A stretch of DNA of 62,015 nucleotides, from NCBI GenBank assembly GCA_023246225.1, contig JAHFIV010000002.1, positions 1-62,015 of the forward strand. The letters are read 5' to 3'. Positions within the stretch are counted from its first letter, which is position 1. Each line of letters starts with the position of its first letter. The translations under genes were made by a program, and so were the position numbers. The notes under the pieces were generated by a model. The model had not been told where the DNA came from, did not search any database, and saw only the letters and a program-made list of their open reading frames with translations. Origin of the DNA: a bacterium. Lineage in GTDB: Bacteria > Patescibacteriota > Patescibacteriia > SG8-24. This document shows positions 19,767-30,319 of this stretch, piece by piece.

Positions 19767-20297
19767 ATGCAACGCATCACCGTGGTCATCCTTGCAGCGA
19801 TCGCCGCAGCGCTACTCCACGTGGCTTTTTTTTCTGCACTGCCATGGCCTCTTTCTGTAATTAACCTTCCATTGATCCTCGTGATCACCTACATAGGTGC
19901 ATTTCGTTTTCGTGACGCGTTCATCGCTGCGATCATAACAGGAACAACGATCGACTCGCTATCCATCACACCGTTCGGGATCCACATCGCAGTGCACCTC
20001 GTGGTCACACTACTCATGCTTGTTCTCTTCACCCGTGTGCTCACCAATCATAGTTGGCTAGGACTTTTAGGTATTAACGCCGCTGCGTTCGGACTACTCC
20101 ACACCCTGCTCATGCTCGTTCGGATCGCCCGTACGATGACGCATGGTGTTCCGCTCTTCACCGCATTCGATGACACGACGCTCGTACGCATACTGATCGC
20201 GCTCGGTGTGCAACTCTGTGCAGTGCTCGGTGCGATGACTCTCACGAGCGCAGGAAAGCGGGCGTTCTCTCGTTTCTTTTTCACTCGATATTCATGA
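19767..20297 (+). CDS. mreD: rod-shape protein MreD
   Basis: Polytopic membrane protein in the mreD position. Confidence 0.7.
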   Translation: MQRITVVILAAIAAALLHVAFFSALPWPLSVINLPLILVITYIGAFRFRDAFIAAIITGTTIDSLSITPFGIHIAVHLVVTLLMLVLFTRVLTNHSWLGLLGINAAAFGLLHTLLMLVRIARTMTHGVPLFTAFDDTTLVRILIALGVQLCAVLGAMTLTSAGKRAFSRFFFTRYS

Positions 20298-22270
20298 AGG
20301 ATCCGTTGCTCTCCGAATCACCAAACGATCTCGGCCCGTTCCCCTTAGACGGGCAGGCTTTTGGTACGTTCAGTCGCATTGAATCGTTCGAAAAAAACGC
20401 AGTGATTGAAGATGCGTATACTGGCGACAACACAACGGACGCGGGCGACGTACGCACCGAATACATCGGCCTCGCTGTCGGTACGGTGAAACGTAATACA
20501 TTTTTCATCGCACTTATCTGCCTCCTCTTTGCGATCGTTCTTCGTGCATGGCAAATGCAGATCATGCAACACGCACGTTACGTACGACAAGCAGAAGAAA
20601 ATCGCAGTCGCACTATTCTTGTCCCGGTAGAACGAAGTATTATTTATGACCGAAACGGTGCGCCGCTTGTGAGAAACGTTCCAAACTTCACCGCAACGCT
20701 CATCACAGACGATCTCCCAAAAAATTCTAGGGAACGGATCGCAGCGATCGGTCGTCTCGCAGAAATTCTCGATATCACGCCGATCGACATCGAAACTAAA
20801 CTTGCTGAATTTGCACAATATCCTTCGTCTGCAGTCGCGATCGCAGAAAACCTCACACATGAACAAGCGGTACAAATTCGCGTAGAATCTGCGCGCACTC
20901 CGGCGGTCGCACTACACATCACTACACGTCGTGAGTATCTCGGCACCGATACCACCGAATCGCTTTCGCACGTTCTCGGATTCGAAGGTCGTATCACGAA
21001 ATCCGATTTGGAACAGGATCACACGGGCACGTATGTCCCAAGCGACCTCATCGGAAAAACCGGCATCGAACGAGAATATGATACCATTCTTCGTGGTACT
21101 TACGGCCACACGCGAGTGGAGGTTGATGCGCACGGTCGAGAAAAAAGTGTGATCGCCGAGGAACCAGGGAGGCCGGGACACGATCTTGTGCTCTCTCTCG
21201 ATCTCGATCTGCAAAAACAAGCGGAACTTGCGCTACGTGATGCGCTCCGTAGCACCGGACAAAAACGTGGCAGCGTCATCATCACGAAACCTACGACCGG
21301 TGAGATTCTCGCGCTCGTGAGCGAACCCGCATTCGATGCAAATCTTTTCGCAAAAGGAATCTCGTCTAAAGACTATCGAAATCTCACCGAGGATCCCAAT
21401 CATCCGCTGTTCCCTCGTGCGATCGCCGCATCACTCCCTGCGGGATCGGTATTCAAAATGGTGGTCGCAGCTGCTGCGCTGCAAGAACACGTCATCACGC
21501 CGACCACATCGTTTCTTTCTGTTGGCGGCATTCACGTTGGACAATGGTTTTTTCCTGATTGGAAAGCGGGTGGACACGGCATCACCAACGTCACTAAAGC
21601 ACTCGCGGAATCAGTAAACACCTTTTTCTACATCATCGGTGGCGGGCTTGATAGTTTCCAAGGGCTCGGTGTAGAACGGATCACTGTATATGCAAAAAAA
21701 TTCGGACTCGGATCAACGCTCGGCATCGATCTTCCGGTCGAAGGTACGGGATTTCTTCCGACGAAACAATGGAAAGAACAAACGAAAGGAGAAAAGTGGT
21801 ACATCGGCGACACATATCATTTTGCGATCGGTCAGGGCGACTTGCTCGTGACACCGCTCCAAATCAACTCAGTCACCGCAACGATCGCGAATGGTGGAAC
21901 GCTGATACAACCACATATTCTGAGCGCAGAAACTGCGGATGATGGCACGCGCATCACGCATCCGCCAGTAGTACTGAACCCGCAAGTTGTTGAAAAATCA
22001 GCGATCGAGGAGGTGCGCAAAGGGATGCGAGCAGCGGTCGTTTCTGGTGTCGCGAGATCTCTCAGCGATCTCCCTGTCGCAGTCGCTGCGAAAACCGGGA
22101 CGGCACAGTGGAAAACAAATGCACCAACACACGCCTGGTTCACTTCATTCGCACCGTACGATAACCCGCAGATCGCAGTTACGGTAATGGTGGAAGAAGG
22201 TGGCCAAGGTTCATCCTTTCCCGCCCAGGCGGCGAAGCGCATCTATGCGTGGTATTTTTCGAAACGATAA
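20294..22270 (+). CDS. mrdA: penicillin-binding protein 2 (class B transpeptidase)
   Basis: SVFK (SxxK) and KTGTA motifs; overlaps the mreD stop. Confidence 0.9.
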   Translation: MKDPLLSESPNDLGPFPLDGQAFGTFSRIESFEKNAVIEDAYTGDNTTDAGDVRTEYIGLAVGTVKRNTFFIALICLLFAIVLRAWQMQIMQHARYVRQAEENRSRTILVPVERSIIYDRNGAPLVRNVPNFTATLITDDLPKNSRERIAAIGRLAEILDITPIDIETKLAEFAQYPSSAVAIAENLTHEQAVQIRVESARTPAVALHITTRREYLGTDTTESLSHVLGFEGRITKSDLEQDHTGTYVPSDLIGKTGIEREYDTILRGTYGHTRVEVDAHGREKSVIAEEPGRPGHDLVLSLDLDLQKQAELALRDALRSTGQKRGSVIITKPTTGEILALVSEPAFDANLFAKGISSKDYRNLTEDPNHPLFPRAIAASLPAGSVFKMVVAAAALQEHVITPTTSFLSVGGIHVGQWFFPDWKAGGHGITNVTKALAESVNTFFYIIGGGLDSFQGLGVERITVYAKKFGLGSTLGIDLPVEGTGFLPTKQWKEQTKGEKWYIGDTYHFAIGQGDLLVTPLQINSVTATIANGGTLIQPHILSAETADDGTRITHPPVVLNPQVVEKSAIEEVRKGMRAAVVSGVARSLSDLPVAVAAKTGTAQWKTNAPTHAWFTSFAPYDNPQIAVTVMVEEGGQGSSFPAQAAKRIYAWYFSKR

Positions 22271-22278
22271 ATGTATTG

Positions 22279-22307
22279 TTGACACTCCATGTAAACGGTC
22301 ATATCCT
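22279..22307 (+). promoter_or_regulatory. greA promoter
   Basis: TTGACA-N17-TATCCT. Confidence 0.5.
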
Positions 22308-22346
22308 AGACTGTATGCGACACCAAAAAAATGATGCTTCAGCCTT

Positions 22347-22811
22347 ATGAACGGCAATCCAACGTACATCTCGAAAGAAGGACTTGAAAAGCTCAAAAAA
22401 GAGCTCGATTTTTTGAAAAACGAAAAACGCCGCGAGATCACCGATCGCATTGAAAAAGCGAAAGATCTCGGCGACCTCAAAGAAAATGCGGACTACCACG
22501 ACGCAAAAGATGAGATGGCGTGGGTGAGTAGCCGCATCCTCGAACTCCAGGACGGGATCAACCACGCGGTGATCATCGAAGTGAAGCCATCGGATACGGT
22601 GATGATCGGATGCACCGTGCACATCGCCGACGGAGAAAAAGAAAAAAAATACACGATCGTTGGCGCGACTGAAGCGGACCCGACACAGGGACGCATCTCC
22701 AATGACTCACCGCTCGGCCAAGCGTTTCTTGGCAGAAGAGTAGGGGAGTCGACCGAAGTAAAAGTGCCATCCGGAACTAAAACGTATGTGATCAAGCAGA
22801 TCAGTTGTTGA
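22347..22811 (+). CDS. greA: transcription elongation factor GreA
   Basis: GDLKENADYHDAKDE, C-terminal FKBP-like domain. Confidence 0.95.
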   Translation: MNGNPTYISKEGLEKLKKELDFLKNEKRREITDRIEKAKDLGDLKENADYHDAKDEMAWVSSRILELQDGINHAVIIEVKPSDTVMIGCTVHIADGEKEKKYTIVGATEADPTQGRISNDSPLGQAFLGRRVGESTEVKVPSGTKTYVIKQISC

Positions 22812-22825
22812 TCAGATGAGAAGGT

Positions 22826-24313
22826 ATGCAAGAAAAAGAATCAGTCAATCCAGTTGAAGAACGAGCGGTGCGACTCGAAAAATTACACACCGCAGTGCGC
22901 ATGGGGATCGATCCGTATCCCGCTCGCTCGGAGCGTACGCACACGATCGCTGAAGTGTTGGCACATTTTGAAGCGCTCGAAACAGAAAAAACAAAAGTTA
23001 TAATCGTCGGTCGCGTCCGCGCGGTGCGCGGTCATGGCGGTGCATGCTTCGCTGATCTCGAAGACGGCGCAGGAAAAATGCAGCTCCATCTCAAAAGCGA
23101 CGTCATCGGCGCGGCGTCTTTTGAAACGTTCGAAAAAATTATCGATCTCGGTGATTTTCTTCAGATCACCGGCACACCGTTCATCACGAAGCGTGGAGAA
23201 AAAAGTATCGAGGTAGCGTCGTGGACACTGCTCACAAAATCACTTGAAGGTCTCCCTGATAAATGGCACGGACTCACAGACACAGAAATTCGCTACCGCA
23301 AACGATACCTCGATCTGATCGCAAATCCTGATGTTCGACTCGCGTTCCGCAAACGAAGCTTGGTCGTGCAAACCATTCGAGAATTTTTTACAGAACGAGG
23401 ATTCATGGAAGTCGAGACGCCGATGCTGCAGGCGATCGCTGGCGGTGCATCGGCGCGGCCGTTCAAGACGCATCATAACGCGCTCGACATCGATCTGTTT
23501 CTTCGTGTCGCACCAGAGTTGTATCTCAAGCGACTGATCGTCGGTGGTTTTGAACGAGTGTTCGAGCTCGGTCGCAATTTTAGAAACGAAGGGATCGATC
23601 ATTCGCACAACCCGGAATTCACATCCATCGAGGCGTATCAAGCGTACACCGATTACCGCGAACACATGACGATGACTGAGGAATTGCTCGTGCGGATCGC
23701 CGAACGCGTGAACGGCGCAACTACTCTTGAATACGACGGTATGTCCATCAACTTCGCTGGGCCGTACCCACGTCTCACGTTCCATGATGCGATCAAACAG
23801 TATGCAAATCTTGATATCGAAGACTACTCCGACCGAGACTCACTTGCGAAAGCTGCAGAAAAAATCGGTGTGAAAGTTGAAACGAGAGATGAACGCGGGG
23901 TGATTCTCGACAACCTGTATAAAAAAATGGTCCGACCACATATCGTCGCGCCGACGTTCATTATCGATCACCCCACAGAGATCCTCCCCCTCGCTAAGCG
24001 TAAGGCGAGTGATGGAAAATATGTGGAAAGTTTTCAATTGCTCCTCGCGAAAGGGGAGTACGTAAAAGCGTTCACTGAACTGAACGATCCGATCGATCAA
24101 CGCGCGCGATTTGAAGAACAAGAACGATTGCGTGAAGGTGGTGACGAAGAAGCGCAATCGATGGATGAAGATTTTATCGAGGCGCTCTCGGTTGGTATGC
24201 CGCCGACTGCGGGATGGGCGATCGGCGTTGACCGATTGTGTGCGGTATTTACTGGGGCACACAGTTTAAAGGAAATTATTTTGTTCCCCACGCTTCGTCC
24301 TGAAGAAAAATGA
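22826..24313 (+). CDS. lysS: lysine--tRNA ligase (class II)
   Basis: Typical LysRS sequence: FMEVETPML, NFRNEGID, GLGIDRL-type C-terminus. Confidence 0.97.
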   Translation: MQEKESVNPVEERAVRLEKLHTAVRMGIDPYPARSERTHTIAEVLAHFEALETEKTKVIIVGRVRAVRGHGGACFADLEDGAGKMQLHLKSDVIGAASFETFEKIIDLGDFLQITGTPFITKRGEKSIEVASWTLLTKSLEGLPDKWHGLTDTEIRYRKRYLDLIANPDVRLAFRKRSLVVQTIREFFTERGFMEVETPMLQAIAGGASARPFKTHHNALDIDLFLRVAPELYLKRLIVGGFERVFELGRNFRNEGIDHSHNPEFTSIEAYQAYTDYREHMTMTEELLVRIAERVNGATTLEYDGMSINFAGPYPRLTFHDAIKQYANLDIEDYSDRDSLAKAAEKIGVKVETRDERGVILDNLYKKMVRPHIVAPTFIIDHPTEILPLAKRKASDGKYVESFQLLLAKGEYVKAFTELNDPIDQRARFEEQERLREGGDEEAQSMDEDFIEALSVGMPPTAGWAIGVDRLCAVFTGAHSLKEIILFPTLRPEEK

Positions 24314-24792
24314 GGTTATATCACGGCAGCGCGAAAAAAATTGAAGGACCTCTCGTGCCTGTGCTTCGACACGGATCTGAGGATCACGTACATGAGCGCG
24401 GGGCGGTGTTCGCGACCGATCGACGTGACATCGCATCGCTTTTCATGATCCCTTCTGACACGCTTTCAAGCATCGGATTTGAGAATGACATCGCCTACAT
24501 CTGTATCTGGGGAACGTCGGAAGATTTCGCTACGCGCGACCCTGGCGGATACGTCTACGTGCTTCCTTCTGAGGGATTTGAAAAAATAGGAAAATCCTAT
24601 GAGTGGCAGTGTCTCACATCGGTTTTGCCGATCGAAGTATGTCAGTACGACTCAGTGATCGATGGGATGATCGAGTGTGGTGGAAAGGTATATTTCATCA
24701 ACGACAACGCGGTATTCGACAACATCGTCGCAAATAAATATCACCGCACGCCAATACTACAAAATCTGCGCTCAGAAAATGAGCGACGATAG
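24310..24792 (+). CDS. hypothetical protein, start overlaps the lysS stop (ATGA)
   Basis: 160 aa. N-terminal MRLYHGS...IEGP and ERGAVFATDRRDIASLF are reminiscent of H-Y-E ADP-ribosyltransferase-fold/DUF3990-like proteins. Weak, pattern only. Confidence 0.55.
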   Translation: MRLYHGSAKKIEGPLVPVLRHGSEDHVHERGAVFATDRRDIASLFMIPSDTLSSIGFENDIAYICIWGTSEDFATRDPGGYVYVLPSEGFEKIGKSYEWQCLTSVLPIEVCQYDSVIDGMIECGGKVYFINDNAVFDNIVANKYHRTPILQNLRSENERR

Positions 24793-24797
24793 TCACT

Positions 24798-24982
24798 GTC
24801 ATTCCGACCCCCCCCACATTGTCATTCCGGGCCGTGGCACGTCGGTCGCGACCGACGTGCCGTGACCCGGAATCCAGAACGTAAAAAAAGCCGAACGGAA
24901 ATCGTTCGGTCTTTTTGTTGTGTGGATTCCGCCCCGGATCCCGGTCCGGGGTCGGAATGACAAAGAGAGAGGCTGGGATGAC
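24798..24982. repeat. REPIN/BIME-like cassette E (carries the nested 26-bp palindrome)
   Basis: Half-site at 24798, module at 24821 with the GGCACGTCGGTCGCGACCGACGTGCC insert, core GCCGAACGgaaatCGTTCGGTC, right arm ending GGAATGAC, extra GGGATGAC. Confidence 0.9.
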
Positions 24983-24993
24983 AGTGGAAAATT

Positions 24994-26748
24994 TTACGCA
25001 GACAACGTCTCAGCAGATGTGCCCGTCCCGTGAAGTCCGCCCTGTGCCTTGAGAAGCGCAGCGTACGCACCGCCGGACTTTTTTGCGAGCTGCGTATGCG
25101 TGCCGGTCTCGACGATACGACCGTCCTTCAATACGAGAATGCGATCGGCGTCCATCACCGTACGCAGACGATGTGCGATGACAAAGGTCGTGCGACCTTG
25201 CATCAACATCTCGAGCGATTGCCGCACGTACTCCTCAGTAGTGCTGTCGAGGTGTGCGGTTGGCTCATCGAGAACCAAGATGCTCGGATCGCGCAAAAAC
25301 GCGCGCGCGATTGCGACACGTTGGCGCTCTCCACCTGAGAGCTTCATGCCGCGCTCACCAACGACCGTTTCGTACTTTTCTGGAAGTCCTTCGATAAATG
25401 TGTCGAGGCGCGTGAGACGCGCAGCTTCACGAACATCTTCGTCGGTCGCATCAGGTCGCCCGTAACGAATATTGAACCCGATACTTTCGTGGAATAACGT
25501 GAGATCTTGCGGAACGTACGCCATCTGTGCACGCAGCGAACGGAGATTGATCTCTCTCGCATCACGACCATCGATCAAAATCTCTCCTGATTGCGGGATG
25601 TAGTATCGACCGAGAAGGTCGACCATCGTTGTTTTTCCTTCACCAGACTCACCGACGATCGCCACGCGTTCGCCGCGTCGTACAGTAAAACTCACGTTCT
25701 CCAGTGCGGACTTGTCTTCGCGATAACGAAACCGAACTTCGCGGAACTCCACGTCTCCAGCGATGCGACAGTCCTCACCACTCACAAAATCCTCGGACGG
25801 TTCATCGCGCAACATTTTTACTGCAGCGTACGACTCCACCAGTCGAAGATACGAACGCGCTTGCCACTGACAAAACCGCACGTAGCCAAACACGGTGAAT
25901 GCGTAGGCGACGATTGTGGTGAGGTGCCCCAGCGTAAACGTACCGTTACGAAAATCCATCACACCGATACCGACCGCAACGAACGAACCGAATGCGATGA
26001 TCAAGTTTTGATTGTCGCGTACCCTACGATCGTACGACAAATCTTTTTCTGCCACCGGCTCCATTGCACGAGTGTGTTTTTCCACAAGTTTCCCAACCAT
26101 CTCTTCGTTCGTCGTCGACTTCACCACGAGCACGTTCTTAAGCGCATCCCACGAAACGTTGGCGATCTTTCGATTCGCTTCATTCCACTCCTTCTGATTC
26201 GCGAGAATCTGCGGCGTTGTTTTGAAAGTGTACGCCACAAATGCCGCGATCGATGCGGCGAGAACGAACGCGATTCGCCACTCAATCGTCGAGATGTAAC
26301 AAAGGATCGCGACGGTGCCGATCGCTGCAGGGATAAGATCAAAGACGACCGCACCGATGAGGTTGTCGAGTATGTACCGTAATTGCATCACTTTGTCGGA
26401 GATCTCTGGACCACGTTTGCCGTAATGAAACGCGAGCGGCTTATCGAGAAACACTGCGAGTGTGCGAGAAACGTAGCTTTCACCAACGCTTGTTGCCACA
26501 CGTTCACCCTGGTACGTGATGTACGAGCGAATACGTTCGCCGACCATGCGAAGGCCAAGCCACACGAGAAGCGCACTGCCATACCAAAAGAGCGGCGTAT
26601 GTTTGCTCGCGAGATCGAATCCGCGACCCAAAGCCACCGGCGCAAGAGTATCGAACGCCGCAGCAAGCATCGCGAGCAACGAACAAACGAGGATCGTCCT
26701 GCGATGCGACTTAAGCTCTGTGATGAGAAGTGTGAGTACGTCACGCAT
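24994..26748 (-). CDS. ABC transporter, fused permease/ATP-binding (exporter type)
   Basis: 6-TM N-terminal domain, GESGEGKT Walker A, LSGGERQRVAIARA. Start moved to the ATG at 26748, which follows GGAGG. Confidence 0.9.
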   Translation of the reverse strand: MRDVLTLLITELKSHRRTILVCSLLAMLAAAFDTLAPVALGRGFDLASKHTPLFWYGSALLVWLGLRMVGERIRSYITYQGERVATSVGESYVSRTLAVFLDKPLAFHYGKRGPEISDKVMQLRYILDNLIGAVVFDLIPAAIGTVAILCYISTIEWRIAFVLAASIAAFVAYTFKTTPQILANQKEWNEANRKIANVSWDALKNVLVVKSTTNEEMVGKLVEKHTRAMEPVAEKDLSYDRRVRDNQNLIIAFGSFVAVGIGVMDFRNGTFTLGHLTTIVAYAFTVFGYVRFCQWQARSYLRLVESYAAVKMLRDEPSEDFVSGEDCRIAGDVEFREVRFRYREDKSALENVSFTVRRGERVAIVGESGEGKTTMVDLLGRYYIPQSGEILIDGRDAREINLRSLRAQMAYVPQDLTLFHESIGFNIRYGRPDATDEDVREAARLTRLDTFIEGLPEKYETVVGERGMKLSGGERQRVAIARAFLRDPSILVLDEPTAHLDSTTEEYVRQSLEMLMQGRTTFVIAHRLRTVMDADRILVLKDGRIVETGTHTQLAKKSGGAYAALLKAQGGLHGTGTSAETLSA

Positions 26749-26802
26749 AATTCCTCCATTGTAAAGGCAACAGTCCGAGAAAGCTATCAACAAAATAGCC
26801 TG

Positions 26803-26831
26803 TTGTCAATAAGGCGCGATATGGGTAAACT
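26803..26831 (+). promoter_or_regulatory. serS promoter
   Basis: TTGTCA-N17-TAAACT. Confidence 0.4.
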
Positions 26832-26867
26832 TAAGGCCGGTTCAGCAACCGCTTCTTTTTTGTACTT

Positions 26868-28142
26868 ATGCTCGATCTCAACTTCATCAGAGAAAATCCA
26901 GAGGCTGTGCGCAGTGGTGCGAAAGCAAAAAATATTGACGTTGATGTCGATACGATTCTTGCACTCGATGAAAAACGCCGTACGCTCATCACCGAAAGCG
27001 AAACGCTCAAAGCAGAACAGAATCGCGGGTCAGAAAAAATCGCGGTCGAAAAAGATAAAGACGCGCGACAAAAAATGATCGACGTCGTACGGTTGATCAA
27101 AGAAAAATGTAAAACGCTCACCACGCAACTTGAAGAAACGGAAAGTGCGCTCGATACACTCCTCCGAACCATTCCAAACCTCCCCCGACCCGATGTGGTT
27201 GTCGGAAAAGACGACAGCGAAAATTTTGTCGTGCGCAGTTTTGGCGAACCGACGAAATTCGATTTCGAACCGCGCGACTACATGGCGATAGGGGAGGAGC
27301 ACGATCTGATCGACACCGAACGTGGTGCAAAAGTCGCCGGAGCGCGGTTTGGGTATCTCAAAAACGAAGCAGCGCTTCTTGAATTCGCGCTTGCGCAATA
27401 CGCATTCACCACGCTCACGCCCGAAGGATTTTCTCCGGTGATCCCTCCGGTGCTCGTGAATGAAAAAGTGATGGCGGGAATGGGCTACCTCGATCGCGGC
27501 CGCGACGAAGTGTACCACCTCGCATCTGACGACCTGTTTCTCGCAGGCACCTCTGAGCAATCGCTCGGTGGCATGCATATGGATGAAACGTTCGAAGAAG
27601 AAATGCTCCCGCGTCGCTACGTCGGTTTCTCCACGTGCTTCCGCCGCGAAGCCGGTTCGTACGGCAAAGACGTGCGCGGCATTCTTCGTGTACATCAGTT
27701 CGACAAACTAGAAATGTTTTCTTACACGCTCCCTGAAAATTCTGACAAGGAACACGAGCTGCTTCTGTCGCTCGAAGAAAAATTAATGCAAGGATTGGGA
27801 CTGCCGTATCGCGTACTTGGCATCGTCACGGGCGATCTCGGTGATCCCGCTGCGCGCAAGTACGACATCGAGACATGGCTCCCGTCGCAAGGGACGTACC
27901 GCGAGACACATTCCACATCGACGTGTACCGATTGGCAGGCGCGACGATTGCACATTCGCGTGCGGCGTAAAAATGGCGAAATGCAGTTTGCACACATGTT
28001 GAATGGCACCGCGTTTGCGATTCAACGCACACTGCTCTGTATTCTTGAAAACTTCCAACAAGCCGACGGCACCGTTACGGTTCCCCCAGTACTCGTGCCG
28101 TACATGGGTGGTCGTACAGTAATCGGCAAACCGCGACCATAA
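26868..28142 (+). CDS. serS: serine--tRNA ligase
   Basis: N-terminal coiled-coil arm, class II core FRREAGS, TALAIQRT-like. Confidence 0.97.
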   Translation: MLDLNFIRENPEAVRSGAKAKNIDVDVDTILALDEKRRTLITESETLKAEQNRGSEKIAVEKDKDARQKMIDVVRLIKEKCKTLTTQLEETESALDTLLRTIPNLPRPDVVVGKDDSENFVVRSFGEPTKFDFEPRDYMAIGEEHDLIDTERGAKVAGARFGYLKNEAALLEFALAQYAFTTLTPEGFSPVIPPVLVNEKVMAGMGYLDRGRDEVYHLASDDLFLAGTSEQSLGGMHMDETFEEEMLPRRYVGFSTCFRREAGSYGKDVRGILRVHQFDKLEMFSYTLPENSDKEHELLLSLEEKLMQGLGLPYRVLGIVTGDLGDPAARKYDIETWLPSQGTYRETHSTSTCTDWQARRLHIRVRRKNGEMQFAHMLNGTAFAIQRTLLCILENFQQADGTVTVPPVLVPYMGGRTVIGKPRP

Positions 28143-28152
28143 AACTATCGTT

Positions 28153-29298
28153 ATGCCCACGCCGCACGGAAAAACCTGGGTTGAGGTTTCACGATCAGCG
28201 CTCGCGCAAAACGCCGCGACGCTCGCGCGCGCAATCGGTCAAAAAGTGAAACTGATGGCGGTTGTGAAATCGAACGCGTACGGTCACGGGATCAACGAAA
28301 CAGTGCGCGCGCTCAGCAAGGCTCACGTCGACTGGTTCGGCGTAGATGCACTTCGAGAAGCGAAGATAATTCGTGAAACGGGCAGCAAAAAACCGGTGCT
28401 GATTCTCGGCTACACGCCGCTCGCAGCTCTCAAAGATGCGATGCGTTCCGGATTCAGCCTCACCGTGTATAACCACGAAACCGTCACCGCGCTCGGACGG
28501 ATCGCCTCAGCAAAACATCCTGCAAAAATCCATCTCAAACTAGAAACAGGGACGTCCCGACAAGGACTTCTTGCGAAAGATATCGTCTCATTCGCGAAAA
28601 CGCTCAAAAAAAATCCTCACGTTGTTGTTGAGGGGATGTCTACGCATTACGCGAACATCGAGGATACAACCGACCACGCCTACGCAATGAGTCAGCTGAG
28701 CAGATTCAATGCGATGGTGCGTGCATTCGGTGTTGCAGGTGTCACCGCAAAAGAAAAACACACCGCGTGCAGCGCGGCCGCACTTTTGTATCCACAGACG
28801 CATTTCACGATGGTACGCGCGGGGATCGCGCTGTACGGACTGTGGCCGTCCAAAGAAACGCATGTGTCAGTAGAAAATTCTGGTAAAAAAATGACGCTTC
28901 GACCTGCGCTTGCATGGAAAACGATCGTGGCGCAAGTAAAAATACTGCCAAAGGGTTCATCGGTGAGCTACGGTCTCACAGAAAAACTGACGCGTGATTC
29001 AAAAGTAGCGGTGATCCCTGTGGGGTATTGGGATGGCTTTGATCGCGGATTATCGTCAATCGGGCATGCGCTCGTACGTGGACACCGCGCAAAAATTCTC
29101 GGTCGCGTCTGCATGAACATGTGCGTGATCGATGCCACCGACGTTCCCGGTATACGCATCGAAGATGAAGTAACGTTGATCGGTCGGTCTGGGAAAGAAG
29201 TGATCACCACCGAAGATCTTGCAGGAGCGACAGGGACGATCAACTATGAAATCGTGACGCGAATTAATCCGCTGATACCCCGCGTGTTGGTTGCATAA
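28153..29298 (+). CDS. alr: alanine racemase
   Basis: AVVKSNAYGHG PLP-lysine motif. Confidence 0.93.
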   Translation: MPTPHGKTWVEVSRSALAQNAATLARAIGQKVKLMAVVKSNAYGHGINETVRALSKAHVDWFGVDALREAKIIRETGSKKPVLILGYTPLAALKDAMRSGFSLTVYNHETVTALGRIASAKHPAKIHLKLETGTSRQGLLAKDIVSFAKTLKKNPHVVVEGMSTHYANIEDTTDHAYAMSQLSRFNAMVRAFGVAGVTAKEKHTACSAAALLYPQTHFTMVRAGIALYGLWPSKETHVSVENSGKKMTLRPALAWKTIVAQVKILPKGSSVSYGLTEKLTRDSKVAVIPVGYWDGFDRGLSSIGHALVRGHRAKILGRVCMNMCVIDATDVPGIRIEDEVTLIGRSGKEVITTEDLAGATGTINYEIVTRINPLIPRVLVA

Positions 29299-29301
29299 TC
29301 T

Positions 29302-30306
29302 ATGAAGAAACTCAAAATTGCGGTCATCTACGGTGGTGTTTCTGGGGAACATGAAGTCTCTCTCAAATCTGCAGCAGCGGTGATCGCGGGACTCGACAAA
29401 AAACGATACGACGTTCTGTCGGTTAAAGTAGGAAAAAATGGCCGCGCGCAAAATCCCCGCGATGTACTCGCGTGTGACGTAGCATTTCCACTCATTCACG
29501 GCACTGGTGGGGAGGACGGTTCTTTGCAGGGTGTCCTCGAACTCGGAAACATTCCCTATGTCGGCAGCGGCGTGCTCGGATCGGCGATCGGTATGGATAA
29601 AGTGATCCAAAAACAGATCCTTGAACGCGCAGGATTTCCGATCGCGCGGTACGAATATTTTCTTGCAACCGATTGGCAGCGCGATGCGCAAAGTATCGTT
29701 GCGCGAATCGAAAAACGAATCGGCTATCCATGTTTTGTGAAACCCGCAAACCTCGGATCTTCCGTCGGCATTTCTAAAGCGCATCATCAAAAAGAACTGC
29801 GACGCGGCATTGTCGATGCGCTACGTTACGACCGCAAAATTGTCGTAGAAAAAAGTGTGCCCGAAGCCCGCGAGATCGAATGCGCGGTGCTCGGCAACGA
29901 CGAACCGCAAGCGTCAGTGCTCGGTGAGATCGTTCCATCGAATGAATTCTATGATTACGCCGCGAAATACATCGATGGGGCATCGCGCGAAATCATCCCC
30001 GCCGAACTTTCAAAAACAGTGATAACAAAAATTCGCGATATGGCGACACGAGCGTTCGTGACGCTAAATGCGAGCGGTTTCTCGCGAGTAGATTTTTTTG
30101 TTCGTCGTGATACCGGTGACATCTACTTCAATGAGATCAATACGATTCCAGGATTCACCAAATACAGCATGTTTCCGAAATTGTGGGCGGCGAGCGGCGT
30201 GCCTTTTGCCGTTCTTCTTGATGAATTGATTCGTCTCGCACTCGAACGTGCAGAAGAAAAACACAACCTCACTCGCACGCTTGATCTGCCAAAGAAAAAA
30301 AAGTGA
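29302..30306 (+). CDS. ddl: D-alanine--D-alanine ligase
   Basis: HGTGGEDGSLQG, ATP-grasp, EINTIPG. Confidence 0.95.
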   Translation: MKKLKIAVIYGGVSGEHEVSLKSAAAVIAGLDKKRYDVLSVKVGKNGRAQNPRDVLACDVAFPLIHGTGGEDGSLQGVLELGNIPYVGSGVLGSAIGMDKVIQKQILERAGFPIARYEYFLATDWQRDAQSIVARIEKRIGYPCFVKPANLGSSVGISKAHHQKELRRGIVDALRYDRKIVVEKSVPEAREIECAVLGNDEPQASVLGEIVPSNEFYDYAAKYIDGASREIIPAELSKTVITKIRDMATRAFVTLNASGFSRVDFFVRRDTGDIYFNEINTIPGFTKYSMFPKLWAASGVPFAVLLDELIRLALERAEEKHNLTRTLDLPKKKK

Positions 30307-30319
30307 CAGGGAAACCTCT

